This document shows positions 1 through 11,057 of a stretch of DNA of 64,000 nt, piece by piece. This stretch comes from an uncultured Gammaproteobacteria bacterium (lineage in GTDB: Bacteria; Pseudomonadota; Gammaproteobacteria; Steroidobacterales; JABDLF01): contig CAVWXZ010000014.1 of assembly GCA_963759075.1 (NCBI GenBank), positions 9,545-73,544 of the forward strand. Direction: 5' to 3'. Both the position numbers and the translations under genes were made by a program. Under the pieces are notes generated by a model that searched no databases, was not told where the DNA came from, and saw only the letters and a list, made by a program, of their open reading frames with translations. Every line of letters begins with the position of its first letter. The stretch's first letter is position 1.

Positions 1-356
1 GCAAATCTCTGGCTACCCCGCGCGGCAACGTGCAGCACTATGATCATCTGGGGCCCTTGCGCAGGCCTCGCATCCGGGCTACCTGGTTCTGATGTCCTGG
101 CAGGACTCGCTGCCGGACCAAGCTCTGCCTCAGCACCGGTTTCCGCCGGCAGGTCTTGTTCATTCTCAATCATTCGCGTGAATGATTGCAGCGAACTGTC
201 GGCCGCGAGGCTCGGCTCACGCCTGTCAGTCAGACTGTCACGGGTCGCTTTCCTGCCCAGGGCTCCCTGCAACCTGATCTTACGGCCGCGTAAGAAATAG
301 ACCCCGGCGATCACCAGTATGCCAAACCCCAGCAGAATCCATCTCAACTCTGACAT
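1..356 (-). CDS. zipA: cell division protein ZipA, N-terminal part (3' end outside window)
   Basis: Absent from the ORF track because there is no stop in the window. Manual translation from ATG at 356 gives MSELRWILLGFGILVIAGVYFLRGRK (N-terminal TM anchor), a charged/Pro-rich linker, then QMIIVLHVAARGSQRF, which resembles the start of the ZipA C-domain. It lies directly downstream of smc, as in many gammaproteobacteria. Confidence 0.6.
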   Translation of the reverse strand, partial: MSELRWILLGFGILVIAGVYFLRGRKIRLQGALGRKATRDSLTDRREPSLAADSSLQSFTRMIENEQDLPAETGAEAELGPAASPARTSEPGSPDARPAQGPQMIIVLHVAARGSQRF

Positions 357-386
357 TTCACTCAGCCTGCCGCACCGCCACCCTCA

Positions 387-3300
387 CTAAACTGCGGCCA
401 TCTGGACGGCCTCGTCTACGTCCACTGCGACCAGGCGCGAAACACCGGGCTCGCTCATGGTGACGCCTACCAGTTGATTGGCCAGCTCCATCGTGATCTT
501 GTTGTGAGTGATAATGATGAACTGAACGTCCTCGGACATCGTCTTCACTATCTTGCAGAACCGCTCGACATTCGCGTCATCAAGTGGAGCATCCACCTCA
601 TCCAGCATGCAGAACGGCGAAGGATTGAGTCTGAAAATCGCGAAAACAAGCGCCACTGCAGTCAACGCTTTTTCGCCGCCCGACAGCAGATGAATCGTGC
701 TGTTGCGTTTGCCAGGCGGCCGCGCCATGACCGTTATTCCCGCATTTAGCAGGTCATCACCAGTCATTTCGAGATAGGCGTGTCCGCCACCAAACAGCTG
801 TGGAAACAGCTCCTTAAATCCGGCATCGACTTTTTCGAATGTATCCCTGAAACGCGATTTTGTCTCTTTATCGATCTTGCGGATGGCGTTTTCAAGCGTT
901 GCGAGTGCTTCGGTGAGGTCGGCATGCTGGGCGTCGAGGTATTCTTTACGCTCTGACTCTTCCTTGAATTCCTCAATGGCCGCAAGGTTGATGGCACCCA
1001 GCCTGGAGATTTTCGCAGACAGGTCTTCCAGCTGCTCGTGCCAGGCTTCTATGGTTGCTTCCGGGCTCAGCTCGCTAAACACCGCTTCGAGCTCAAAGCC
1101 CGTTGCCTGGAACTGCTCCAGCAAGGTCTCCCGACGGACCTTGACCTCGCGCGCCGTCAACCGTACCTGATCGAGACTGTCACGGACCGCCATAACGTCT
1201 TGCTCTCTGGCCAGGCGATCCTGCTCGAGATTCCGGAGCCGGTTCTCGACCGCTTCGACCGCCACACGGGCCGTTCCGAGCTCCTCTTTCACGTCAACGC
1301 TGGACGCAAGAAAAGCGGACAGATTCTGCTGCATTTCGGCGAGCGGCGCCTCACCCTGCTGCAGTTGAGTCTTCAGGTCTGCAACCCGTGTCTGCAGTCC
1401 GCTCAACTGACTGCGCATTCTTTCGAGGCCTGCCTGAACAGAAGCCTGAGTAGAACGGCGCGCCTCGACCTGCAGGGCCAGATCCTGCGCATTGCTGCGG
1501 TCCCTGATCGCCCGACCGCGCACTTCATCGAGCCCCTTACCAAGCTCGTCGCGGAGACTTTCCAGACGCCGACGCTCTCCTTCCAGGCTGGCCAGGCTGG
1601 CCAGGGCCTCGTCCAGGCGCCGACGCGATCCCGCCAACTGCTCCTCTGTACTGCCGCGCTGGGCGTCTGCTTCCGAAACTTCAGCGCCCAGTTCACCGGC
1701 CCGCTGTTGCATTTGCTCGACCCGCGATCGGCGAGCATCGAGAGCCGCCGTCAGATCGGCCCGCTGCTGATGCAGACGGTTCATCTCGCGCTGATCCGAT
1801 TCGCGTTGAACTTCCGATCTGGCCAGCGACGCACGGGCTTCTTCGAGGCGCGTCTCGGTCGCCGACACCACGTCCCGCAACCGGGCTATCTGCCCGCGGA
1901 TTTCACGGATTTCTTCTTCTCGCCCAAGGGTTCCGAGTTCCCGGAGCCCGGCGCGATGAACGCTGACCCAATCCTTACCAAACCAGCTGCCATCAGGCGT
2001 TATCACAGACTCGCCATCGACAAGCCCATTCCGGATTGCCAGCGCGTCATCGACGGTCTCGGCTTTATGTACGGACGACAGCTGCGACAGCACCGCTTTC
2101 GGGCCCTTCGCCACGCTGTCGAGACGCTGGTCATCAGAACGATGCGAATACAGCGGTTCGACGTCAATCAGCGTAACGCTTCCTCCCTGAAGGTCACTCA
2201 GATAACGAGCGTGGGCTTCGATGCCCTCCACGCATACAGCAGCGAGCGTTTCACCAAGCACCGTCTCCACAGCGAGCCGCCAGCGCGGCTCTACATCAAT
2301 GGCCTGAACGACCCTGGGCTGCAAGTCCAGACCCCGCTCACTCAACCAGGCAGCGGTCGCTTCCGCTGCCTTGCCACTGCTCGCTCGCTGCAGCGCTTCA
2401 AGGGCGGACAGCTTGCCGGAAAGTTCCTGCAGCCGCTTGCGATTTTTATCAAGCTCAAGGCCCAGGTCGTGCTCTTCTGCGCGGGCCGAGGCAATTTTAT
2501 CGAGAATCTGCGCCAGGTTGGTTTCCAGCTCAAGTCCTTTGTCGGCCTGCACATCTTGTTGGAGAAGCATCGGCTCGATTTCGGACACCAGTTCCGCCAC
2601 ATCTATTGCGCGAAGTTCATCTGCAATCCGGTCCTGCCTGCCCTTTATTCGCTGCCGCTGGTCCTCCAGGTGTTCGATGCGGGCCCGTTCAACATGGCTG
2701 GACTGTTGCGCATCACTCGCACGGCGGTTGAACGCCTCCCAGCCTTCGCGCCATTCCTGCATTGCCTGTTCGGCAGCGCTCAACTCCTCGCTGGACTCGT
2801 GCTCCGTTCCCCGCGCTTCCGTCAGTCGCGGCAAGAACTCATCGAGCGCTTCAGCGAGGGCCGCGAGTTCCTCCTCGTCACGCTCAATATGGCCGGCAAT
2901 CTCTTCGAGGCCCGTCGTGGCGTCCAGCCGATCCTGCTCCTGACGGTGGCGCAATTCCCGGCCGTGCTGAATGGCCTGCTCGAGGCGCGCAATCTCAGCG
3001 CCGAGCTTGTAATAGCGGGCCTGCACTTCGTTAAATGCCTCGGTTTTCTCGCTATGCCGATCACGATCTTTTTCGATCTCTGTCTCGACCGCACGCTGGT
3101 CTGCGATGGCTGCCTGCAACGCGGTTTCGCGTTCACGGACCAGCCGTTCTTCTGCCTTGGACTTGTCTTCCAGCTCTCTGAGTTTGAGCGCCAGCAGCTC
3201 TGCCGTGATCAGGCGTTCTCTGCCCTTGAGCTTCTTGTAACGTCGGGCCGTGGCGGCCTGACGATTCAGATGCCTGAGGTGTTTTTCCACTTCGTCTCGC

Positions 3301-3894
3301 AAATCGTTCAGGCGTTCGAGATTGTCGCGCGTGTGCCGCATGCGGGTTTCGGTCTCACGCCGCCGGTCCTTGAACTTGGATATGCCGGCGGCCTCCTCCA
3401 GATATACGCGCATCTCTTCCGGCCGTGGCTTCTATGAGCCGCGAGATCATTCCCTGCTCGATGATTGCGTAGCTGCGCGGACCCAGTCCGGTGCCCAGGA
3501 AGATATGGGTAATGTCCTTGCGTCGGCAGCGGGTGTTGTTCAGGTAAAAAAGCGATGTGCCGTCTCTGCGAGACGACTCGCTTGATGGAGATCTCCGCGT
3601 AACTTGGCGTACTGGCCGCCAATGCTGCCGTCGGAATTATCAAAGATCAGTTCGATCGACGCCGTGCCCACTGGCTTGCGCGCACTCGAGCCATTAAAAA
3701 TGACGTCCGCCATTGATTCGCCACGCAGATGCTTGGCTGATGACTCGCCCAAGCACCCAGCGCACCGCATCAATCACATTGGATTTGCCACAGCCGTTCG
3801 GTCCGACAATACCCAGCAGATTACTGGGAAAGTGCAAAGTGGTCGGGTCTACAAAGGACTTGAATCCGGCCAGTTTGATTCTTGAAAGACGCAT
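387..3894 (-). CDS. smc: chromosome segregation protein SMC (frame interrupted at least twice between about 3400 and 3770)
   Basis: ORFs 3694..3894, 3540..3773 and 387..3413 join into one SMC. N-terminus is [14 protein letters not shown]...GPNGCGKSN (Walker A), followed by a long coiled coil. C-terminus has [18 protein letters not shown] and [10 protein letters not shown] (signature and Walker B). Confidence 0.9.
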
Positions 3895-4013
3895 CTGATT
3901 CCTTCCTGCGATAGGTCGCGGGGGCAGACCCCGGGATAGTCGTCAAAGCGGCGTAGTGTAAAGTATTCCGCCGCCAATAACGATGCCAGAATAGACGGAG
4001 TCCAGGAGAGCCA

Positions 4014-4403
4014 ATGCCCAGCGAGCCAAGCAGGCAACTCGAGACATTTGAAAACCCGGATCCGGGCCGAAATTATACCATCCGGATGCGCATTCCGGAG
4101 TTCACCTGCGTGTGCCCGAAGACCGGCCAGCCGGACTTCGCAATTATTAACATTGAATACGTGCCCGACCTGCTCTGCGTGGAGCTTAAGTCCCTGAAAA
4201 ACTATATGTGGTCTTATCGGGATCAGGGGGCCTTCCACGAAGCGGTTACCAACCGGATGCTGACGGACCTGGTCGCTGCAGCGGCCCCGCGATTCATGCG
4301 CGTTACGGCTGAATTCTATGTCCGTGGGGGCATTTACACCACTGTCGTGGCGGAGGACCGCAAGCAAGGCTGGCAGCCGGATGACCCCGTCTCCCTGCCC
4401 TGA
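4014..4403 (+). CDS. queF: NADPH-dependent 7-cyano-7-deazaguanine (preQ0) reductase, short type
   Basis: Intact 129-aa ORF containing [15 protein letters not shown] and [21 protein letters not shown], which are typical QueF motifs. Confidence 0.9.
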   Translation: MPSEPSRQLETFENPDPGRNYTIRMRIPEFTCVCPKTGQPDFAIINIEYVPDLLCVELKSLKNYMWSYRDQGAFHEAVTNRMLTDLVAAAAPRFMRVTAEFYVRGGIYTTVVAEDRKQGWQPDDPVSLP

Positions 4404-4437
4404 TTGGCGCATCTGCGCTTTTGACGGACCTGCGCCC

Positions 4438-4465
4438 TTGCTCCCGCGAAAAATGCGGGTATCAT
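4438..4465 (+). promoter_or_regulatory. possible sigma70 promoter for dksA (TTGCTC-16-TATCAT)
   Basis: TTGCTC at 4438-4443 and TATCAT at 4460-4465. The spacer contains the hairpin CCCGC-GAAAAAT-GCGGG. Motif match only. Confidence 0.3.
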
Positions 4466-4591
4466 CCACCGATTTGCCGGTAGTCTGCCTGACCGCCGCA
4501 TGGGACACCCTGGCCTTACAGCCAGACCCCTTTGGCACTCAGGCACAGTCAGGACAAGCCGGTCAGATTGCTCTCGGGAGGCAAGCGTCAG

Positions 4592-5555
4592 ATGGTCGCA
4601 AAAAAGAAGTCCGCAACCAGGAAATCACCGGCAACGCGGAAGAAGAAGCCGGCCCGCAGTATAAGAAGGCTGCAGCCAAACGTGGGACAGCAAGAAAGCG
4701 GCCGCCAGCAGGAAGGCTGGAGCGCGCAAGAAAACTGTGAAGAAAAAGGCGCGGCCGGCACCGCAAAAAAGCCGCGAAAAAGAAAGCAATCAGCAAAAAG
4801 GCCGTGACGAAAAAGGTAGCCAGGAAAAAGGTCGCGAGCAGAAAGCCGGCCAAGAAAAAAGCCGTTTCAAAGAAGAAGGTGACCGCAAAGAAAAAAGTGA
4901 CCACAAAGAAGAAGGTGGCCGCGAAGCAAGAAAGTGGCCGCGAAGAAGAAAGTCACCGCAAAGCAAGAAAGCTGTAGCAAAGAAAGCGGGCAGCAAGAAG
5001 CCGACAGCGAAGAAGAAGGCCGCAGCCACCAAGAAGCCAGCTGCGCGCAGGAAGACAGCCACGGCCACAAAGGCGCGGCCCCCGAAAACGGTAAAGCGGA
5101 AGAAATCTGCCAAGAGCAGAGGCAGCCTTCTTTCCGGACCCAGCACTGAGTTCAAGCCCTACTCACGGCGTCGCGGCGAAAGCTACATGAACGATGCTCA
5201 GCTCGAGCATTTCAGGGACAAGCTGCTCTCCTGGAAACGCGAACTCATGGAAGAAGTAGATCGTACCGTCCATCATATGAAGGACGAGGCGGCGAATTTC
5301 CCGGATCCGAACGATCGCGCAACCCAGGAATCAGAGTTCAGCCTGGAACTCCGCACCCGCGACCGGGAACGCAAGCTGCTGCGCAAGATTGATTCTGCTT
5401 TGCAGAGAATCAAAGACGGCAGCTACGGCTACTGTGAGGAGACCGGAGAAGAGATCGGACTGAAAAGGCTTGAGGCCCGACCGGTCGCAACCCTGTGTCT
5501 TGAGGCCCAGGAAAGCCGCGAGCTGGCTGAGAGGCAGTATCGGGACGACCGCTGA
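4592..5555 (+). CDS. dksA: RNA polymerase-binding transcription factor DksA with a long Lys/Ala-rich N-terminal extension (at least 5 frame breaks inside the lysine tract)
   Basis: C-terminal 130 aa (about 5165-5552) align residue for residue with E. coli DksA: YMNDAQLEHFRDKLL...DEAANFPDPNDRATQESEFSLELRTRDRERKLLRKI...GYCEETGEEIGLKRLEARPVATLC. Start is ATG 4592 (MVAKKKSATRK) behind GGGAGG. The KKxxAKK-type tract is readable only by hopping between all three frames at A-runs. The last part of the tract (4970-5165) is in frame with the DksA domain, with no intervening start codon. Confidence 0.75.
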
Positions 5556-5606
5556 CAGGCGGAGTTGCGAATATCTCCCCGGGGGTTGCGGCACCCCCTG
5601 TGAGCG

Positions 5607-6538
5607 ATGACGCCCGATACCGCTGAGCCACCATCGCGCGGGCGATTCGCCCCCTCCCCTACCGGGCCGTTACACTTTGGATCCTTGCTGGCTGCCATGG
5701 GCAGCTACCTGCAGGCGCGCCATGCCGGAGGGCGAATGGCTTGTCCGGATAGAGGACCTCGACCCACCTCGCGAGATTCCCGGGCGCCGCCGATGCAATC
5801 CTCTTCAGCCTCGAAGTCGCATGGCTTCGAGTGGGACGGTCGGTCGTCTATCAGAGCACCCGCGACGGAGCTCTACGCAGACGCATTGCAACTAATGCGC
5901 GACCAGAGCCTGGTGTTCGCCTGCGGGTGCAGCCGCCGCACCATCGCCGAGCTTGCCGGGCATATGCCTGGCGGGCCCTATCCCGGTACCTGCCGTGAAG
6001 CCGGGCTCCAGGACTCGCCCGACCGACTTTGCGCTTTCGCGCAGGAGCATGAAGACCAGCTGTGCTTTGAAGATCATACTGCAGGGCCGCATCTGCGAGG
6101 ACGTCGCCGGACCACCGGCGACTTCGTGGTTCGGCGCAGGGATGGCCAGTTCGCCTACCAGCTTGCCGTGGTAGTGGATGACGCAGACCAGGACATAACC
6201 GAGGTGGTGCGGGGCTGCGATCTGCTTGATTCCACGCCCCGGCAGATTCAGCTTGCAGCAGGCCCTCGGTGCTCCGCGGCCCAGCTACATGCACCTGCCA
6301 GTCGTACTGATCCCGGCGCACAGAAACTCTCCAAGCAAACAGGTGCCGCGGCCGCTTAAAATGACGCGGCCCTGACGCACGCTGATCAGGGCATACACGG
6401 TTGCTGGGCACAGGCGCAGCCGCACATCAGACTCTTGGGACCATTGCGGAATTCTGGGCCTGGGCCATCGAGACCTGGGACCCCTCACCACTGCTGGGAT
6501 GCAGAGAATTTGCTGCACCAGACCCCGAAATGGCCTGA
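5607..6538 (+). CDS. gluQ: glutamyl-Q tRNA(Asp) synthetase (several frame breaks; end approximate)
   Basis: Contains GRFAPSPTGPLHFGSLLAAMGSYLQAR, EWLVRIEDLDPPRE, DFVVRRRDGQFAYQLAVVVDD, TEVVRGCDLLDSTPRQI and KLSKQ, spread over ORFs 5607..6359 and 5677..5895 plus unlisted frames. Canonical position downstream of dksA. Confidence 0.8.
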
Positions 6539-6662
6539 ATGCAGTGCAACAAAACGGCGGGCGTTTCGGTTATACTCAAGCTGCGATTGCCTGCCCGGTT
6601 CTTCGAAGTTCCGGCAGTAACGGCCAGGTAAGGCGACACCTTTCTGATTCGGAGCGAGCCAG

Positions 6663-7167
6663 ATGAGCGATACCAAAACGAGAATAATTAAGAAGTATCC
6701 CAACCGTCGCCTGTATGACACGGAAGAAAGTCGCTACATCACGCTGGCCGATGTGCGCCGGCTGGTGCTGGACAAGGTAGACTTTGTTGTCATCGACAAG
6801 AAGTCTCAGAAAGACATCACCCGCAGCATCTTGCTGCAGGTGATCAGCGATCAGGAACTGAAAGGCGAGCCGGTCATGAGCCGGGACTTCCTGTCACAGG
6901 TAATTCGCTCATACGGAAGCGTAATGCCCGATTTTGTCTCCAGCTATCTGGAGCAGAGCCTGAAACTTTTCGCCAGCCAGCAGCAACAGGTCCGCGAAAA
7001 GGTGCGGGACGTCGTGGGCGTCGACCCGGTTGGGTGGTCAGTGAACTCGCCCAGAAGAATTATGCGCGCTGGAAATCGGTGCAGGAAGATATTTTCAAGA
7101 CCCTTAACCGCAGCGCAGTCGAGAATCGCGAGCACGACGAAAAGCCGAAAGAATACGATCAAAATAA
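6663..7167 (+). CDS. phaR: polyhydroxyalkanoate synthesis repressor PhaR (frame break near 7030; stop inferred at TAA 7165-7167)
   Basis: MSDTKTRIIKKYPNRRLYDTEESRYITLADVRRLV is the diagnostic PhaR N-terminus. The C-terminal part continues in ORF 7034.. (VSELAQKNYARWKSVQEDIF). Confidence 0.75.
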
Positions 7168-7196
7168 AAAAAGGACCCGCGAGGGTCCTTTTTTTT
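7166..7196. terminator. bidirectional rho-independent terminator between phaR and pnp
   Basis: AAAAAAA-GGACCC-GCGA-GGGTCC-TTTTTTTT: a perfect 6-bp GC stem flanked by an A-run and a T-run, lying between convergent genes. Confidence 0.7.
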
Positions 7197-7222
7197 ATCG
7201 CGATCAGGCCGAACTGTCTGCG

Positions 7223-9329
7223 CTACGCGGCTTCGAGCCCGCGCATGCTCAGGCGAATCCGGCCCTGGCGATCTACTTCAAGCACCTTGACCTTGATCAC
7301 GTCGCCTTCTTTCAGTTTGTCGGAAACGTTTTCTACACGTTCTTCCGATATCTGCGAAATGTGCACAAGACCGTCCTTGCCGGGCAAGTATCGTCACAAA
7401 GGCACCGAAATCCATCAGGCGAGCAACGCGCCCTTCATAGACTGACCCCACCTCAACCTCGGCCGTTATCAGTTCCACCCGTGCGCTGCGCCTCGCGCCC
7501 GGAGTCGCCGTCCACAGACGCGATCCTGACGGTGCCGTCATTATCGATGTCGATGGTTGCGCCGGTTTCTTCAGTTATCGAACGAATGACTGCGCCGCCC
7601 TTGCCGATGACGTCGCGAATCTTCTCAGGATCAATCTTCATCGTGATAATCCGTGGCGCATACTGAGACATCTCAGGCACGTGGCGCCGGACAAAGCCGA
7701 ACTGCATTTCGCCAAGTATGTGCAGTCGGGCTCGCGTGCCTGAGACAGAGCGTCGGACATGATCTCCTGCGTGATGCCCGTTGATCTTGATGTCCATCTG
7801 CAGGGCAGTAATCCCGTCCTCTGTGCCGGCCACCTTGAAATCCATGTCTCCAAGATGATCTTCGTCGCCGAGAATATCGGTCAGCACCGTGATATCGGTC
7901 TATCTTCCTTGACCAGGCCCATGGCGATGCCGGCGACCGGTGCCTTAATCGGTACACCTGCATCCATCAGCGACAGGCTCGTTCCACACACGCTCGCCAT
8001 GGAACTTGAACCATTGGATTCGGTAATTTCCGAGACCACGCGGATGACGTAGGGGAACTCTTCAACTGGGTGGGCATGACGGCCTGGATGCCGCGCTTCG
8101 CCAGCTTGCCATGGCCGATTTCGCGCCGCTTCGGGCCGGACATGAAACCGGTTTCACCAACGCAATAGGGAGGAAAGTTGTAGTGCAGCATGAAATGTTC
8201 ACGATGCTCGCCTTCAAGCGCATCGATAAGCTGCGCATCACGCCCGGTACCCAGCGTCGTGGCGACAATGGCCTGCGTCTCTCCGCGGGTAAATACGGCA
8301 GAGCCATGGGTACGCGGCAGCACACCGACCTTGACGTGAATCGGGCGCACCGTGCGTGGTGTCTCTACCGTCGATGCGTGGCTGCCCGTCCAGCACTCGG
8401 CCGCGCACGATGCTGCTTTCCAGCTTGCTCGAGCGCCTCCTTGACTTCGTCTGAACGTCCAGCGCGGCGTGTCGCCGCCTGCGAGCTCTTCCATGACGTT
8501 GGATCTTGATACCTCTCAACGCGCTCCTGGCGCGCCTGTTTCTCGGTGACCTGATAGGCCTCGGTCAGGCCGCCGGTTGCTGCGCTTCAACGGCCTCGAA
8601 CCAGCTCCGGATCCGGCTCGGGCGCGCTCCCACTCCCATTCGGCTTGCCTGCTTCGGCCGCCAGTTCGCTGATCGCGGCAATCGCAACCTGCAGCTGTTC
8701 GTGACCGAACATCACGGCGCCCAGCATCACGTCTTCGGCAAGCGCATCTGCTTCAGATTCCACCATCAACACGGCGTCCTTCGTACCTGCGACGATGAGT
8801 TCAAGCTGCGACGTCCGCAAGCTGGGTGCGCGTCGGATTCAACAGGTAATTGCCGTCGTGGTAGCCGACTCGCGCCGCAGCAATCGGGCCCTGGAACGGC
8901 ATGCCGGAAATCGCAAGCGCCGCCGAGGCGCCAATCATGGCAGCAATATCCGGATCCACCTCAGGGTTCAGGGAAATCACGGTCGCTATGATCTGGACTT
9001 CATTCTTGAAGCCCTTCGGGAACAGCGGTCGCACCGGCCGATCGATCAGGCCGACAGGTAAGCGTTTCCTTTTCGCTTGGACGACCCTCGCGCTTAAAGA
9101 AACCACCCGGAATCCGTGCCGGCAGCGTAGGTCTTTTCCTGATAATTGACCGTCAGGGGAAAAAAGTTGCGTCCCGGATCTGCTTCTTTGCGGCCGACGG
9201 CGGTTACCAGAACTACCGTGTCGGACATATTCACCGATGACCGCACCATCCGCCTGGCGGGCAATTTCACCGGTCGATAATTGTGACCTCTTGGTCACCG
9301 TACTTAAATTTCTTTGTTACAACTGACAC
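7223..9329 (-). CDS. pnp: polynucleotide phosphorylase (at least 5 frame breaks)
   Basis: Fragments 8801..9298, 8587..8820, 7967..8494, 7453..7887 and 7278..7541 carry the PNPase core, KH and S1 parts ([50 protein letters not shown]). Manual reading gives a GTG start at 9329 ([15 protein letters not shown]) and the end ...[15 protein letters not shown] at 7223. Confidence 0.9.
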
Positions 9330-9394
9330 AATTTATTCCTTCGCTTGGCTCCTACTGTGAAATAGTTAACGACCGCGCGCGGCACATCTTCGAA

Positions 9395-9665
9395 TCAGCG
9401 TCGCAGACCGAGACGCTGGATCAGATCCTGATAACGTTTCAGGTCAACGCGCTTCAGATAGTCGAGCAGCTTGCGACGCTGATTGACCATCTTGAGCAGA
9501 CCCCTGCGTGAATGATGGTCCTTCTTGTTGCTCGGCAAAATGTGCCGACAACTCATTAATGCGGGTCGACAACAATGCGACCTGCACTTCGGGTGATCCG
9601 GTATCGTCGGCACCGGTCTGGTATTCCTCTATGACCTGTTTCTTCTGGTCAGCTGACAAAGACAT
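9395..9665 (-). CDS. rpsO: 30S ribosomal protein S15 (one extra base, 271 nt instead of 270)
   Basis: [45 protein letters not shown] followed by [42 protein letters not shown] in the next frame. Confidence 0.9.
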
Positions 9666-9712
9666 TTTCTGCTCCTGAATCCTGTTTTTCGTGTTCCGCG
9701 ATTAAACAAGTA

Positions 9713-9742
9713 ATTATATCTTTCGGCGCCATGCCTAAACAA
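9713..9742 (-). promoter_or_regulatory. possible rpsO promoter (TTGTTT-18-TATAAT on the minus strand)
   Basis: TATAAT is the reverse complement of 9713-9718 and TTGTTT the reverse complement of 9737-9742, about 45 nt upstream of the rpsO ATG. Motif match only. Confidence 0.35.
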
Positions 9743-9767
9743 GCCAAACCGCGCTTCAAACCCTATT

Positions 9768-10690
9768 TCAGCCAATAAACAGCCTGCGCGGCGCCACCCG
9801 GCCATCTTCCAGAACTTCACCAATCCCGAGGAAGCTCGAATCTGCGCCATATAGCCGCACTTCTCCTCGCGCCGGGGCCTCCGGGCACGCTTAACTGGCT
9901 GCCCTCGCGAGAGGTAGAAAACGCTGTCCGGGCTGAGCTTCAGGTCCGGGCGATCGCAAACGGCCCTGTCCACAGGCTGCAGAAGGCGATCCATCGCCGC
10001 CAGGTCGCCCTCCTCGGCAAGGCCCCTGAGCGTCGCCAGGCTCACCATCTCCTCGGCGCGAAACGGTCCCACGACCGTGCGCCTCAGTGCCACCACGTGC
10101 GCCAGGCTACCCATGCTTTTGGCGATATCCTCAACCAGCGTCCGCACGTAGGTGCCCTTCGAACACTCGACGTCGAATTCCGCGAATTCTCCCTCCAGGG
10201 AAACCAGGGAAAGGGCATAGATGGTGACCGGACGAGGCTCGCGCTCGACCTCGACCCCTGCCCTCGCCAGCTTGTACAGCCTCTCCCCTTTGTGGCGAAG
10301 CGCCGAATACATCGGCGGTATCTGGGAAATATCGCCCTTGAATCCGGCCAGTGTGTTCAGAAGTTTGCCGCGCTCCACAACGACGGAGTCCAGCCTCTCG
10401 ACGACCTCACCCTCCGCGTCGCCCGTCGTCGTACTGACACCGAATCGGCACCTCACCAGGTAACGCTTGCCAGCCTCCAGCAGGAACGCAGACATTTTGG
10501 TTGCCTGCCCGAAGCACACCGGCAGCAGGCCGCTTGCCAGAGGATCCAGGCTGCCGGTATGCCCGGCTTTGCGCGCCTGAAAAAGACTTTTCACAGTTTG
10601 CAGGGCGTGATTTGAGCTTTCCCCTACCGGCTTGTCGAGCAAGAAAATCCCGTCAATGGCCCTGCCCGTACGCTGTCGACGGCGGCCCAC
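9768..10690 (-). CDS. truB: tRNA pseudouridine-55 synthase TruB (one frame break near 9880)
   Basis: [48 protein letters not shown] (catalytic Asp motif). GTG start at 10690 abuts the rbfA stop. After a -1 correction the C-terminus reads [35 protein letters not shown] (9768). Confidence 0.9.
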
Positions 10691-10691
10691 G

Positions 10692-11057
10692 TTAGGTTGT
10701 GTCGTCGCCCGGCGACGCCTCGCCAGCGAGCAATGCACTGATTCGCGCCCCTCGATCGAGGCTGTCATCGTATTCAAAGCGCAGCTCCGGCACGACCCTG
10801 AGCTTGAGTTGCCGGGCCAGAGTACGACGCAAACGCCCGCATGAGGCATGTAGCGCATGCTCGGCGCCCACTGCCGCCTCCTTGCCCTTCAGCGAGCTGA
10901 AAAAGATCCGCGCCTGACTGAGGTCGCCCGACACCTCCACCTCTGTGACGCTGACAAACTCCAGCCGCGGATCCTGAAAATCACGCCGCAGCGCCTCGCT
11001 CACTATCCGGCGAATTTCTTCACCGACGCGCCGGCTTCTTGGAAATTCCCGGGGCAT
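10692..11057 (-). CDS. rbfA: ribosome-binding factor A
   Basis: Intact 121-aa [56 protein letters not shown]. Lies between infB and truB. Confidence 0.9.
   Translation of the reverse strand: MPREFPRSRRVGEEIRRIVSEALRRDFQDPRLEFVSVTEVEVSGDLSQARIFFSSLKGKEAAVGAEHALHASCGRLRRTLARQLKLRVVPELRFEYDDSLDRGARISALLAGEASPGDDTT

Noticed and set aside
1038-3437. 799-aa plus-strand ORF (and several shorter ones) opposite smc
   Set aside because: It is exactly antisense to a well-supported SMC gene. Its composition is low-complexity Arg/Leu/Ala/Gln, typical of the reverse frame of a GC-rich coiled-coil gene, and it has no recognisable motif.
3849-4538. 229-aa minus-strand ORF overlapping queF
   Set aside because: It is antisense to an intact, motif-bearing queF and has no similarity to anything I recognise.
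4532-5149. Separate small lysine-rich ORFs (4532..4807, 4934..5149, and part of 4318..4740) as independent genes
   Set aside because: The same KKxxAKK periodicity continues from one frame to the next at A-runs. They are better explained as one tract broken by homopolymer indels and joined to dksA.
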